Source: Alphaproteobacteria bacterium (GTDB taxonomy: Bacteria; Pseudomonadota; Alphaproteobacteria; UBA828). From it: 64,000 bases of DNA. The notes under the pieces are model-generated. The model did not search any database, had not been told where the DNA came from, and saw only the letters and a list, made by a program, of their open reading frames with translations. Shown here piece by piece: positions 9,501 to 19,523 of this stretch; the stretch's first letter is position 1; every line of letters begins with the position of its first letter. Location of the stretch: the NCBI GenBank assembly GCA_963422645.2, contig CAXXVO010000014.1, positions 256,001 to 320,000 of the forward strand, in the 5' to 3' direction. Both the position numbers and the translations under genes were made by a program.

Positions 9501-11213
9501 CTACCGATGCCAGTCCGCCGCGTTCCACAGCTCCGAATCCCACGGGTTCATGCGCACGCCCTTCAGTGTGTTCGCGTGCGCCGAGATCTTCGCCCGCCAG
9601 ATCAGCGGGATCACATACTGGTTCTGGACGATGATGTCGTTCATCCGCTTGCCGATGGCGGCGCGTTGCTCCAGTGAGGCGGTCACGGCCAACTTGTCCG
9701 CGAGGGCGTCGTATTCGGCATTGCAGGCGCGCGCGATGTTGCCGCCGAGCCACTGGTTGTCGGGCCCGGGGATCTCCGAGCACATCCAGTTGGCCATGTA
9801 GGCCTCGGGGTCCACGCCGTCGAAGTTGTTCGTGTACATCTGGATGTCGGCGTAGAACTTCATGTAGGTGTCGGAGCTGGAAGGGTCGCCGCCGAAGTAC
9901 ACCGCAGCGTCGATGTTGCGCAGCTCCGTCTCGACCCCGATCTGCCCCCACATCTGCTTGACCAGCGCTTGCGTGCCCTGGCGTACCGAGTTGGTGGAGG
10001 TCTGGTAGAGGATCGAGAGGCGCACGCCGTCCTTCTCGCGCACGCCGTCCTCGCCCGGCAGCCAGCCGGCCTCGTCGAGGATGCGCTTCGCCTCCTCGAT
10101 ATCCTGGGTCATGCAGGCGTCGTTGGCGGTGGATGAGTAGGCCGGCGGCGCCGGCAGCACGTTGCAGGTGACCTGGCCCGCCGCGCCGTAGCCGAAATCG
10201 ACCAGGATCTGCCGGTCGATAGCCAGCGAGAGCGCGCGGCGTACTGCCGGGTCGGAGAGGAAGGGGTGCGGATTGGCGCCGTCGAGGTGGAGCGAGCGTT
10301 CGTCCTTTCCGAGGTCGGGAGAGTTGTTGGTCTGGTTGACCACCAGGCGCTCCACCATGGTGCCGAAGCCGGCGACCACCCTTCCCATGCCCTTTGCCAC
10401 CATCTGCTCCAGCACCTCGGGCTCGATCTGCAGGTTCCAGGCGTAATCGAACTCGCCGGTGGCAAGCACGGCGCGGGCTGCCGAGGTGGCATCGCCGCCG
10501 CCCTTGAAGGCGACGCTGGCGAAGGCCGGCTTGTCCGGCTCGCGGTAGTTCTCGTTGGCCGAGAAGATGATCACGTCGTTGGCGCGGAACTCGTCCACCT
10601 TGAAGGGGCCGGTGCCGATGGGCCCGAAGTTCTGCTCCGTGCAGGTCTGCGCCATGGCGCCCGTGCAGCTCTCGAACTGCGCCTTCTGAATGATCGGCGC
10701 GTTGGAGCCCACGAAGGGCCCGTAGGGGAAGGGCTTGGCCACGCCGAAGTTGATGCGCACGGTGTGGTCGTCCAGCGCCTCCACCCCGGTGACATCGGTG
10801 AAGCTGGAGAGGGGGTTGCAGCCCATCTCCTCGTTCAGGCAGTACTCGGCGGAGAACACCACGTCGGCGGCGGTGAAGGGCGTGCCGTCGGACCATACGA
10901 TGTCCTGCCTGAGCGGCCATGTGATGGACATGAGGTCGGCCGCCACGCCGCCCTTCTCCACGGTGGGAATGTCGGCGGCGAGCGCGGGGATCATGGTCCC
11001 CGTCTCGTCGTAGCGGGCCAGCGGCTCCAGCACCAGGGACGCCGCTTCGATGTCCTTGGTGCCGCCGGAGAGGTAGGGATTGACGGTCGAGACCGCCTGC
11101 CAATAGAGGATCCTGAGTTGGCCGTCGCGGCCGCGCTCGGCCTGGGCCGAGGTCGAGAGCATTGCCGCCGCGAGCGCCGCGATGGCCAGACCGATTACGT
11201 ATTTTCCGAACAT
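9501..11213 (-). CDS. peptide ABC substrate-binding protein (family 5)
   Basis: Signal peptide, WSDGTPFTAADVVF, PIGTGPF, VRRALSLAIDR. Confidence 0.92.
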   Translation of the reverse strand: MFGKYVIGLAIAALAAAMLSTSAQAERGRDGQLRILYWQAVSTVNPYLSGGTKDIEAASLVLEPLARYDETGTMIPALAADIPTVEKGGVAADLMSITWPLRQDIVWSDGTPFTAADVVFSAEYCLNEEMGCNPLSSFTDVTGVEALDDHTVRINFGVAKPFPYGPFVGSNAPIIQKAQFESCTGAMAQTCTEQNFGPIGTGPFKVDEFRANDVIIFSANENYREPDKPAFASVAFKGGGDATSAARAVLATGEFDYAWNLQIEPEVLEQMVAKGMGRVVAGFGTMVERLVVNQTNNSPDLGKDERSLHLDGANPHPFLSDPAVRRALSLAIDRQILVDFGYGAAGQVTCNVLPAPPAYSSTANDACMTQDIEEAKRILDEAGWLPGEDGVREKDGVRLSILYQTSTNSVRQGTQALVKQMWGQIGVETELRNIDAAVYFGGDPSSSDTYMKFYADIQMYTNNFDGVDPEAYMANWMCSEIPGPDNQWLGGNIARACNAEYDALADKLAVTASLEQRAAIGKRMNDIIVQNQYVIPLIWRAKISAHANTLKGVRMNPWDSELWNAADWHR

Positions 11214-11278
11214 GTCGCGGTCCTCCTATCGGGAGGGATGGGGTGTGCGTCTGTCAGCACACCCCGCATCATCTGTCA

Positions 11279-12262
11279 TCATTCCGCCAGGTGACAAGCG
11301 ACCTGGTGGCCGGGGCGGAGCGTGCGCCACTCCGGCGCCCTCTCCGAGCACTCCGCCACCGCCACCGGGCAGCGGGTGCTGAAGCGGCAGCCCGGCGGCG
11401 GCGCGGCCGGGCTCGGCACGTCGCCCTCCAGGATGATGCGCTTGCGCGTGGCCTCGCGCTCGGGATCGTGCGTGGGCACGGCCGAGAGCAGGGCGCGCGT
11501 ATAGGGGTGCAGCGGCTCCTCGTAGAGCGCATCGCTGGTCGCGAGCTCGACGATCTTGCCGAGATACATCACCGCCACGCGGTCGGCGACGTGGCGCACC
11601 ATGCGCAGGTCGTGGGAGATGAAGAGGTAGGTGAGGCCGAGGCGCTCCTGCAGCTCCTTCAGGAGGTTCACCACCTGCGCCTGAATCGAGACGTCGAGCG
11701 CCGCGATCGGCTCGTCGCAGACGACGAACTCGGGGTTGAGCGCGAGCGCGCGCGCCACGCCGATGCGCTGGCGCTGCCCGCCGGAGAACTCGTGCGGGTA
11801 GCGGTTGGCGAAGGCGGGATCGAGGCCCACCGCGTCCAGCAGCGCCTCGACGCGCTCCCTCAAGCCGGCGCCTGCCGCCACCCCGTGCTCGCGCAGCGGC
11901 TCGCCGACGATGCTGCCCACGGTCATGCGCGGGTTCAGGCTGTCCTGCGGATCCTGGAAAATCATCTGCATGTGCGGGCGCAGCTTCCGCAGCGCCTCGC
12001 CCTGGAGAGCCGTGATGTCCTCGCCGCGAAACCTCACCCGCCCCGCCGTCGGCGTGTAGAGGCGGAGGATCATGCGGCCGACCGTCGACTTGCCGCAGCC
12101 GCTCTCGCCGACGAGGCCCAGCGTCTCGCGCGGTTGAATCGCGAAGTCGAGCCCGTCCACCGCCCGCACGCTGCCCACCTGGCGGCGCAGGACCCCGCGC
12201 AGGATCGGGAAGTGCTTGGTCAGGTTCTCGACCGCGACGAGAGGCGCTGGCTCAGGCGGCAC
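11279..12262 (-). CDS. peptide ABC ATP-binding protein (OppF/DppF family)
   Basis: [38 protein letters not shown]; start set at GTG 12262. Confidence 0.9.
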   Translation of the reverse strand: MPPEPAPLVAVENLTKHFPILRGVLRRQVGSVRAVDGLDFAIQPRETLGLVGESGCGKSTVGRMILRLYTPTAGRVRFRGEDITALQGEALRKLRPHMQMIFQDPQDSLNPRMTVGSIVGEPLREHGVAAGAGLRERVEALLDAVGLDPAFANRYPHEFSGGQRQRIGVARALALNPEFVVCDEPIAALDVSIQAQVVNLLKELQERLGLTYLFISHDLRMVRHVADRVAVMYLGKIVELATSDALYEEPLHPYTRALLSAVPTHDPEREATRKRIILEGDVPSPAAPPPGCRFSTRCPVAVAECSERAPEWRTLRPGHQVACHLAE

Positions 12263-13147
12263 GGGGCTCTCCCGCGTACGTGTCGTACCAGCAGGCGACC
12301 TCGTGGCCCTCCGCCACCGGGGCAAGCGCCGGGTTCTCCGCCCGGCAGCGGTCGAAGGCGTGGACGCAGCGGGGCGCGAAGGCGCAGGCATCGGGCGCGT
12401 GCAGCAGTATCGGCGGCTGGCCGGGAATGCTGGCGAGGCGTTCGCCGCTGCCGCCGCCTTCGAGCTTCGGCAACGCGCGCAACAGGCTCCGCGTATAGGG
12501 GTGCTGGGGCCTCGCGTAGAGGGAACGGACGTCCGCGCGTTCGACCGCCTGGCCGCCGTACATCACCATCACGCGGTCCGCGAGCCCGGCCACCACGCCG
12601 AGATCGTGGGTGATCCAGATGATCGCCATGCCGCGCTCGCGCCTGAGCCGCTGCAGCAGGTCCAGGATCTGGGCCTGTATGGTGGCGTCGAGCGCTGTCG
12701 TGGGCTCGTCGGCGATCAGCACCTTGGGATCGCAGGCGAGCGCCATCGCGATCATCACGCGCTGGCGCATCCCGCCCGAGAACTGGTGGGGAAAGTCGCC
12801 GAGGCGGCTATCGGCCGCAGGAATCCCCACCCCCTCCAGCAGCGCCGCCGCCCGCCGCCGCGCACGCGACGGAGACGCGCCGGGTCGAGCGCGAGCAGGT
12901 CCTCGCCGTCAAGCAACGCCTGGCCCGAAGCGATCTCGGCGGGTGGCATGGGCAGCAGCTTGAGCAGCGAGAGCATGGTGACGCTCTTGCCCGAGCCGCT
13001 CTCCCCCACGACACCCAGCAGCTCGCCCTCGTGCAGGTCGAAGCTGATGCCGTTGACCGCGTGCACCCTGCCGCCGCCCGGGGTGCGAAAGCGCGTGCGC
13101 ACGTCGCGGACGGAAAGCACGGGCGGCCGGGCGGTGGGGCGAGGCAC
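12252..13147 (-). pseudogene. peptide ABC ATP-binding protein (OppD/DppD family), internal deletion plus frameshift near 12850
   Basis: N-half (GESGSGKS...RRVRGG) and C-half ([12 protein letters not shown]...FSGGMRQR...DEPTTALD) are in different frames; the IFQDP Q-loop segment is absent. Confidence 0.85.
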
Positions 13148-13324
13148 CAGTCAGCCCCTAAGCGAGAGCCGGGGCGCCGCTCGTCTCTGGTCGGTCGTCA
13201 ATCAACCGTCGCGGCCCTCGACCCTGCCCTGTCCCGATGGTCCGCGATCCTAACCGCCACGTCGCCGCGCATGCTAGTCTCCCGCGCCGGAATCGGGCAC
13301 GGCGAGGGAGGAGGGCGGGAGGCG

Positions 13325-14524
13325 ATGACGGTGCAGGGCAGGGGGCGGCTGGCGTCCGCCGACATCGTGGTGGTCGGCGCGGGGATCATGGGGGCGAGCA
13401 TCGCCTTTCAGCTCACGCGGCAATCCGGCCGCAGGGTCGTGGTGGTGGACGAGCGGCCACCAGTCAGCGGCATGTCGGGCCGCACCTTCGGCCAGATCCG
13501 CCAGCATTACTCGAACGCGCTCATGGTCGAGATGGCGATCCGCGGCTTCGACGTGCTCAACAACTGGCAGAGGGAGGTCGGCGTCGGCGACCCCGGCTAC
13601 GTCAAGCTCGGCTACATGCTGCTGGTCGTCGAGGCGCAGGTGGCGGCCTGCCGGCGCAACGTCGAGCTCGGCCGCCAGCTTGGAGTCGACACGCGCTTCG
13701 CCAGCCCCGACGAGATCAAGGCGCTGGAGCCCGCGCTGGTCACCGACGATCTCGCAGGCGGCGCCTGGGAGCCCAACGGCGGCTATATCGACGTGACTCG
13801 CATGGTGCTGAGCTGGCTGGGCGCGGCCCAGGCGGCCGGCGCGACGCTCCATTCCGGGCTCCGGGTGGAGGGCATCGCCACGGATGGCGGCAAGGTCGTG
13901 GGCGTGGACACAGCGCAAGGCCGTATCGAGGCGCCCACCGTGATCGCCGCGACCGGTGCGTGGATCACCGATCTGACGGGGCCGCTCGGCATCCATGCGC
14001 CGATCGAGCGCCGCCGGCTCGACATGGCCTATCTGGAACAGCCGCCGGGCCGGCCCACGATCCGCACCTGCATCACCGATGGAAACTCCAACGTCGTGAT
14101 GCGTCCCGACATGGGGCCCTACCTGCTGGCCGTGGCCTATCCCGACGAGATGCCCGAGGTCGTCGATCCGGCCGCGCCCGCGCCGGCGGAAGACGAGGCC
14201 CGCCACCGCGCGCGTCTCGACAAGGCGCTGGCCGAGCGGCTGCCGGATTTCGTCGATGCCAGGGTCGCGCGCACGGTCTCCGGCGCCTACGACATCACGC
14301 CGGACTTCCACCCGATTCTGGGCTGGGCGCCTGGGGTAGACGGGCTCTATCTCGCCGCCGGCTTCTCCGGCCACGGGCTCAAGCTCTCGCCGGCGGTCGG
14401 CGAATGCGTCGCCGCCGCCGTGCTCGGCGCCCAATCGCCCTTCGACATCCACCCGCTCCGGCCCACGCGCTTCGCAGAGGGCGAGCCCATGTACCTCGCC
14501 TACGGGCCCTCCGCGCGCGCCTGA
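13325..14524 (+). CDS. FAD-dependent oxidoreductase, DAO / sarcosine oxidase beta-like
   Basis: VVGAGIMG, YDITPDFHPILG, AAGFSGHGLKLSPAVG. Confidence 0.88.
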   Translation: MTVQGRGRLASADIVVVGAGIMGASIAFQLTRQSGRRVVVVDERPPVSGMSGRTFGQIRQHYSNALMVEMAIRGFDVLNNWQREVGVGDPGYVKLGYMLLVVEAQVAACRRNVELGRQLGVDTRFASPDEIKALEPALVTDDLAGGAWEPNGGYIDVTRMVLSWLGAAQAAGATLHSGLRVEGIATDGGKVVGVDTAQGRIEAPTVIAATGAWITDLTGPLGIHAPIERRRLDMAYLEQPPGRPTIRTCITDGNSNVVMRPDMGPYLLAVAYPDEMPEVVDPAAPAPAEDEARHRARLDKALAERLPDFVDARVARTVSGAYDITPDFHPILGWAPGVDGLYLAAGFSGHGLKLSPAVGECVAAAVLGAQSPFDIHPLRPTRFAEGEPMYLAYGPSARA

Positions 14525-14612
14525 CAACACCGGACGACCTATACCGCCCGAGTCAGGAGTGGCATAATCCCCGCGTCGCATCGTGTGCTCCCAACCGGAC
14601 GAGGACCCCGCC

Positions 14613-15479
14613 ATGTCGACCTTGACCGATGAGCAGCGCCGCCAGTGGGCGGTCGATGGCTACATCCACCTGGAGGGCGCGTTGGATCCGCAGGAGGTGT
14701 CCCTCTATTGCGAACTGATCGACTCCCTGCGCCATCGGGCGGGCTGGGAGAAGGTACCGGGTTTGCCCTTCGGCCATTACGGCTGGGTGGAGCACAACGC
14801 GACCGCGAACGACCTCGACTCCTTCATGGATCGCCGCGATCTCCTGGGCTACGCCCAGCCCTTCCGGGACCTTATCGACCGGCCCAACGTCTTCGATCCG
14901 GTTCTCGAGCTCATGGGCCCCAACATCGTGCTCAGCATGTCGCAGGCCATCGTTCGCGCGTCCACGACCGAGTTCCCCGGCTTCATCCACACGGACGGCG
15001 GGCAGGCGCTGCGGCAGATTCGCGTGACCGAGACCAGCAAGCCGCTGGCGATGAAGGCCATGTATCTGCTCACCGATGTCGAGGGCACGGACTGCGGCAA
15101 TTTTACGGTCTTCCCCCGCAGCCATCTTCGGCAGATCCCCTTCGACTCCGACGCGGCTCCCAACCCCCACACGCCGGGAGCCGTCCAATTGGGTGGAAAG
15201 GCGGGCGATTGCTATCTGTTCAGTCACGCGCTGTGGCACGGCCCGGCACCGAACCGCTCCGGCAGAGGCCGCAAGTCGCTGCTTTACAATTACGCGCAGA
15301 TGTTCGTGAAGCCCTACGACTTTCCCACCATGGCCGGCGTCATGGATGCCTGCACGCCGCGTCAGCGCAGGCTCCTCGGCGATCTCGGGCACGACCCCAG
15401 GCTGGGCGACTACTTCTACGTCCCCGAAGACCAGGAGGACGTCATGTTTCAGCGATCCGGGGCCCGGCGAGCGGCCTGA
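14613..15479 (+). CDS. phytanoyl-CoA dioxygenase (PhyH) family Fe/2OG dioxygenase
   Basis: DGYIHLEGAL, HxD (IHTDG), GDCYLFSHALWHG. Confidence 0.88.
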   Translation: MSTLTDEQRRQWAVDGYIHLEGALDPQEVSLYCELIDSLRHRAGWEKVPGLPFGHYGWVEHNATANDLDSFMDRRDLLGYAQPFRDLIDRPNVFDPVLELMGPNIVLSMSQAIVRASTTEFPGFIHTDGGQALRQIRVTETSKPLAMKAMYLLTDVEGTDCGNFTVFPRSHLRQIPFDSDAAPNPHTPGAVQLGGKAGDCYLFSHALWHGPAPNRSGRGRKSLLYNYAQMFVKPYDFPTMAGVMDACTPRQRRLLGDLGHDPRLGDYFYVPEDQEDVMFQRSGARRAA

Positions 15480-15545
15480 CTGATCCTGAATCGGCTCTGG
15501 GCGGGCCGGCGTCCGGTTCCGCCGACCGAGCCTCACCTACTCTAT

Positions 15546-15640
15546 CGTCATGCCCGGACGTGTTCCGGGCATCTTGCTTGGCCAGGCCCTTCGGACGCTC
15601 GTCAGACACGTGGATGGCCGGGACAAGCCCGGCCATGACG
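15546..15640. repeat. GTCAT-type REP doublet
   Basis: cgtcatgcccggacgtgttccgggcatc ... gatggccgggacaagcccggccatgacg; second copy at 29277-29371. Confidence 0.85.
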
Positions 15641-15729
15641 TGATGGGGCACCGTGGCCATGACGTGATTGGGGGGCGCCGTGCCCATGGATAGAAATTTC
15701 CCGAACGGGAAAACTGGCCGAATCGCGTT

Positions 15730-16101
15730 CTAGGGGTCGCGGCTCAGGCCCCGCTCCTCCAGCGCATCGAGGTAGGTGCGCCAGACTTCGTCGCGGTGTT
15801 CCGCCAAGTGCCTCAGGTAGGACCAGGTGTAGATGCCGGTGGTGTGCAGGTCGTCGAAATGGAGGCGCACGGCGTAGTTGCCCACCGGCTCGATCAGGGT
15901 GATGCCGACGTGGCGGCGGCCGGGCACGATGGTCTTGCCCTCGCCGTGCCCCCTGACCTCGGCCGAGGGGCTCTCCACCCGCAGCAGCTCGGCCGGCAGG
16001 GTGCACCGGAGGTCGTCGTCGAAGTCGATCTCGAGCGTCTTCTCGGCGCTCCTGTAGCGGAGCTCGACCGGCCAGGGCTGATCCTCGAAGGGCGTGCTCA
16101 C
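15730..16101 (-). CDS. DUF971 / GBBH N-terminal-like protein
   Basis: [42 protein letters not shown]. Confidence 0.9.
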   Translation of the reverse strand: MSTPFEDQPWPVELRYRSAEKTLEIDFDDDLRCTLPAELLRVESPSAEVRGHGEGKTIVPGRRHVGITLIEPVGNYAVRLHFDDLHTTGIYTWSYLRHLAEHRDEVWRTYLDALEERGLSRDP

Positions 16102-16298
16102 CGGGCCTCGCCCTCCTCCAGCGGCCGGGCCTCGTCCGGCAGCATGATCGGGATGCCGTCCCGAATCGGGAACGCGAGCTTCGCCTTGTCGCTGATCAGC
16201 TCCTGCCGCTCGGCGTCATAGCGCAGCGGCTCCTTGGTCAGCGGGCAGACCAGGATCTCCAGCAGCTTGGGGTCGACCGTGGCCCCTTCCTCTCCCAT
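16098..16298 (-). CDS. Trm112/YcaR family protein
   Basis: [14 protein letters not shown]...[17 protein letters not shown]. Confidence 0.92.
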   Translation of the reverse strand: MGEEGATVDPKLLEILVCPLTKEPLRYDAERQELISDKAKLAFPIRDGIPIMLPDEARPLEEGEAR

Positions 16299-16312
16299 CC
16301 GCGCGGTCTCCT

Positions 16313-16951
16313 TCACTGCAGCCGCGACTTCGGCCCGGACCTGCCGTGAGCCGCCATCTCGAACAGCGCCTGCATCATGGCCACCCGCTGGCTCTCGCTC
16401 GGACATTCGAGCAGTGCCTGCTTCTCGCTCGCTTCGAAGGGGCAGGCCATTGCAAGGCAGGTGACCAAGGGCTCGTCGTTGGCCCGGTCGATCGCGTCCC
16501 AATCCGCAGTGAGCCCGTGCCGGTCGAAGTAGGCCCTGAGTGCCGGGAGCAGGCTGCTGCGGTCGACGGTGATCGGCGCCGGTTCCGGCAGGTCGCCGGC
16601 GAAGCGGCTGTAGTCGGGACGGACGCGCCGATAGAGCAGGCCGTCCAGCTCCAGCTCGCGCACGATGGCGAAGCGGCAGACGCCGGTCAGCGTGATCAGG
16701 AAGCGGTTGTCCGGCGTCTCGGAGAACGAGGTGATGCGGCCGATGCAGCCCACCGGATAGACCTCCGGCGCATCGAGCTTCGCCTGCGGGTCGGCCGGCT
16801 GGATCATGCCGATCATCCGGTGCGAGGCCATCGCGTCCTGGGTCATCTGCAGGTAGCGGGGCTCGAAGATGTTGAGCGGCAGCCGCCCGCGCGGCAGCAG
16901 CAGGACCCCCGGAAGGGGGAAGATCGGGATGACACGCGGCAGATCGTCCAT
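16313..16951 (-). CDS. stand-alone LON peptidase substrate-binding domain protein
   Basis: [33 protein letters not shown]. Confidence 0.9.
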   Translation of the reverse strand: MDDLPRVIPIFPLPGVLLLPRGRLPLNIFEPRYLQMTQDAMASHRMIGMIQPADPQAKLDAPEVYPVGCIGRITSFSETPDNRFLITLTGVCRFAIVRELELDGLLYRRVRPDYSRFAGDLPEPAPITVDRSSLLPALRAYFDRHGLTADWDAIDRANDEPLVTCLAMACPFEASEKQALLECPSESQRVAMMQALFEMAAHGRSGPKSRLQ

Positions 16952-16986
16952 GCCACCCGGTTCCGTGCCGGCGGTCACGGCATGCC

Positions 16987-17892
16987 TCAGGAGAACAGGA
17001 TCGACGAAAGCTTGCGCCGGCCTGCAACCGAGAGCGGGTCGGTATGGCCCAAGGCCTCGAACAACTTGAGCAGCTGCTGGCGCGCGGCCTGCTCGTTCCA
17101 CTCCCGATCCCGGCGGATGATCTCGATCAGCTCGTCGATGGCTTGCTCGTTGCGCCCAGCGCCGTGATTGGCCATGGCTAGGTCGAAGCGCGCCTGATGG
17201 TCGCCGGGGTCCTGGGCGAGCCGCGCCTGAAGTTCGGCGGTGTCGCCGTCGGCCTCGCCGGCCTGCTCGGCGAGCGTGAGAGCCGTTACCGCGCTCTCGA
17301 TGTTGGCGTTCTTCCGTGCGTCGTCGTCGAGCCCGTCCACCAGCTCGCGGGCCTCCTGGAGATCGCCGGCACCGACGAGGCAGCGCACCAGTCCCGCGAT
17401 CGCCGCCGTCTCGCCCGGCACCTGGCGCAGAATTTGGCCGTAGATGTTAGACGCGGTGGTGAAGTCGCCGGCATCCAGCGCGTCCTTGGCCTGCTCCAGC
17501 GCCTGCTCCAGCGGCGAGGGGCCCATGGGCCCGACCAGCCGCTCCACGAAGCGCTTGATCTGGCTTTCCGACTGGGCGCCCATGAAGCCGTCGACCGGCT
17601 GCCCCTTGTCGAAGGCGAACACGGCCGGGATCGACTGAATGCGAAGCTGCTGCGCGATCTCCGGATTCTCGTCGATGTTGATCTTGACCAGCGCCACCTT
17701 GCCGTCGGCGTCTCTGACCGTCTTCTCCAGAATCGGCGCGAGCTGCTTGCAGGGGCCGCACCAGGGCGCCCAGAAATCGACGATCACCGGCGTCTGTTGC
17801 GACGCCTCGATCACGTCGGCGGCGAAGCTCTGAGTGGTCGCGTCCTTCGGCCGCGTCGCGCCGCCGCCCGACTGGCCAATAAGGGTATCCAT
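16987..17892 (-). CDS. ybbN: thioredoxin-TPR co-chaperone (YbbN/CnoX)
   Basis: [11 protein letters not shown] plus TPR region and C-terminal [11 protein letters not shown]. Confidence 0.9.
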   Translation of the reverse strand: MDTLIGQSGGGATRPKDATTQSFAADVIEASQQTPVIVDFWAPWCGPCKQLAPILEKTVRDADGKVALVKINIDENPEIAQQLRIQSIPAVFAFDKGQPVDGFMGAQSESQIKRFVERLVGPMGPSPLEQALEQAKDALDAGDFTTASNIYGQILRQVPGETAAIAGLVRCLVGAGDLQEARELVDGLDDDARKNANIESAVTALTLAEQAGEADGDTAELQARLAQDPGDHQARFDLAMANHGAGRNEQAIDELIEIIRRDREWNEQAARQQLLKLFEALGHTDPLSVAGRRKLSSILFS

Positions 17893-17987
17893 ACCCGCAT
17901 GCTCCCGGCTGGAGAGGATTCGGTTGAGAAAAATCTACATGGCAGCTTGCAACGGGCCATGCAAGCCCGCCTCAGTGCGGGCTCCAC

Positions 17988-18028
17988 AAAACGAAGGGCC
18001 GGACGGGGTTGTCCCGCCCGGCCCTCGT
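17988..18028 (-). terminator. intrinsic terminator downstream of the 18112-18609 gene
   Basis: Minus strand agggccgggcggg-acaac-cccgtccggccct followed by tcgtttt. Confidence 0.65.
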
Positions 18029-18111
18029 GACTGCCCCGCGATACCGCCGCGGGTTAGCGTGGAGTGGGACGCACCGCCGCCAACGAGGCGAAGGGCGCGC
18101 CCCTCTGCCCA

Positions 18112-18609
18112 CTACTTGATCATGGAGAAGATGATTGCCGGCACCAGCGGCTCGCCGGCCGGTTGAATCGCCTCGATGCAGATGTTCGCCTCAGGGTTGC
18201 TGGCCGACATCATGACTTCCAGCATGTCACCCGCCTCCATGGGAACGATGCCCTGGGAGATGATGACGTCCTTGGCCATGCTGCCTTCGTCCTGACAAAG
18301 CTGAACGTTGGAGTTGGCAACGTCCGCACCGTTGATGCGCAGCCACAGGTCGAAGCACCCGTAAGGCCCGCCGCCTTCGCGTCCCACCTGGGGCGCGGCG
18401 ACGATCAGGTAAGGCCCGGCTTTGCTGACGGTGATCTGATTGTTGGCCATGTCGACACCATTGGCTGCATCAATGATGTCCATGGCGACAACTTCGGGCG
18501 CCGTGCCCGGGCACTGGGTCACCGTCGACGATGCCTGAAGATACTGGGCGGCATTAGCCACACTGGCCGACGCGACAAGAACCACCAATGCTAAGAGAAG
18601 CTTCTTCAT
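18112..18609 (-). CDS. secreted protein, probable C1q/TNF/BclA-CTD-like beta sandwich
   Basis: MKKLLLAL signal peptide; QITVSKAGPYLI, LWLRINGADVANS, IVPMEAGDMLEV pattern; GGGAGG RBS. Confidence 0.65.
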   Translation of the reverse strand: MKKLLLALVVLVASASVANAAQYLQASSTVTQCPGTAPEVVAMDIIDAANGVDMANNQITVSKAGPYLIVAAPQVGREGGGPYGCFDLWLRINGADVANSNVQLCQDEGSMAKDVIISQGIVPMEAGDMLEVMMSASNPEANICIEAIQPAGEPLVPAIIFSMIK

Positions 18610-18830
18610 GGTCAGATCCTCCCTGTTGGACTTGACCGCCAACCAGAGTAGGGGGCTGGGCCGGGGTTGACAATTAAGCTTATCGACCCGTCACGTAAAC
18701 TTTGGCGCGGCTCATAGCCCTGGCACCTCATTACCTAACCTTCAGGACTGTTTTCGCGTCTCGATCGCGGGTCGCGGCACTCAATTCGGGAGGCGCGCGG
18801 CGTCTCGCCTTCGTATTCGGATCGGCTCGC

Positions 18831-19184
18831 CTAGTGCGTCGCGGGCACCTGCTCACCCGGCGTGACGCGGCGCAGCGTGTCGAGCAGGGCCGGGTCCAGC
18901 GGGTCGAGGGGCCGCCCGGCGATCTCCTCGGCTGCAGCCCAGATTTGCGGCAGGTGCGTCACCATGGCGGTGCGGCCCGCGTGGCTCTTGACGACGTACT
19001 GGTTGTTGGTCCAGTCCGACGCCGCGCAGCCGTAGTGATCGAGGATGCGGTTGATCAGGGCGACGCGCTTCAGGCGACCCAGATAACGGGCGCGCCCGGT
19101 CTCAGGCTCGGCCGCGCGGCCCGCGTCGGTGCCGGCCTCGGTCCAGTGCGTGCCGCCCGCCATCATCGTACAGAACGCACACAC
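18831..19184 (-). CDS. conserved hypothetical protein (CxxC...HW...PLDPLDP)
   Basis: GTG start after AAGGGGAG RBS; MCAFC...HWTE...DW...IW...RPLDPLDP. Confidence 0.7.
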   Translation of the reverse strand: MCAFCTMMAGGTHWTEAGTDAGRAAEPETGRARYLGRLKRVALINRILDHYGCAASDWTNNQYVVKSHAGRTAMVTHLPQIWAAAEEIAGRPLDPLDPALLDTLRRVTPGEQVPATH

Positions 19185-19351
19185 GGCAGCTGCTCCCCTT
19201 GCGTGCGCGGCCCCGCGCCGCCTCAGCGCACGTGCGAACGTAGCGCGGTGTGTGGGCCTGGAGAAGCCGGAAAGAGCGCGGACTCTTCAGGCTGACTGAC
19301 GATATCCGGTGGTGCTGCCGGCTTCGGCTCAGCGCAAATCACGCAACCTCT

Positions 19352-19381
19352 TTGACAAATTTGCAATCCGTATTACATATT
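19352..19381 (+). promoter_or_regulatory. candidate sigma70 promoter of higBA
   Basis: TTGACA at 19352 and CATATT at 19376, just ahead of the higB ATG (19386), with no RBS. Confidence 0.45.
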
Positions 19382-19523
19382 GCCAATGGCAATTCGGTCG
19401 TTTGCCGACAAAGACACGGAGACCGTTTGGCTCGATAGGCGGGTGCGCCCTTTCCAGCACATTCAGGCCCAGGCCAAGCGCCGGCTGAACGTCCTGAATG
19501 CAGCAACCTCTTTGGATGACTTG

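Noticed and set aside
15631-15690. Short tandem GGCCATGACGTGAT repeats as a CRISPR array
   Set aside because: Two to three degenerate units derived from the REP end, no unique spacers, no cas genes
19260-19330. Possible glycine-type riboswitch (GGAGA...CTCTTCAGG within a GAAGCCGG/CCGGCTTC stem)
   Set aside because: Core consensus is incomplete, it lies upstream of the putative higB promoter, and there is no relevant downstream gene
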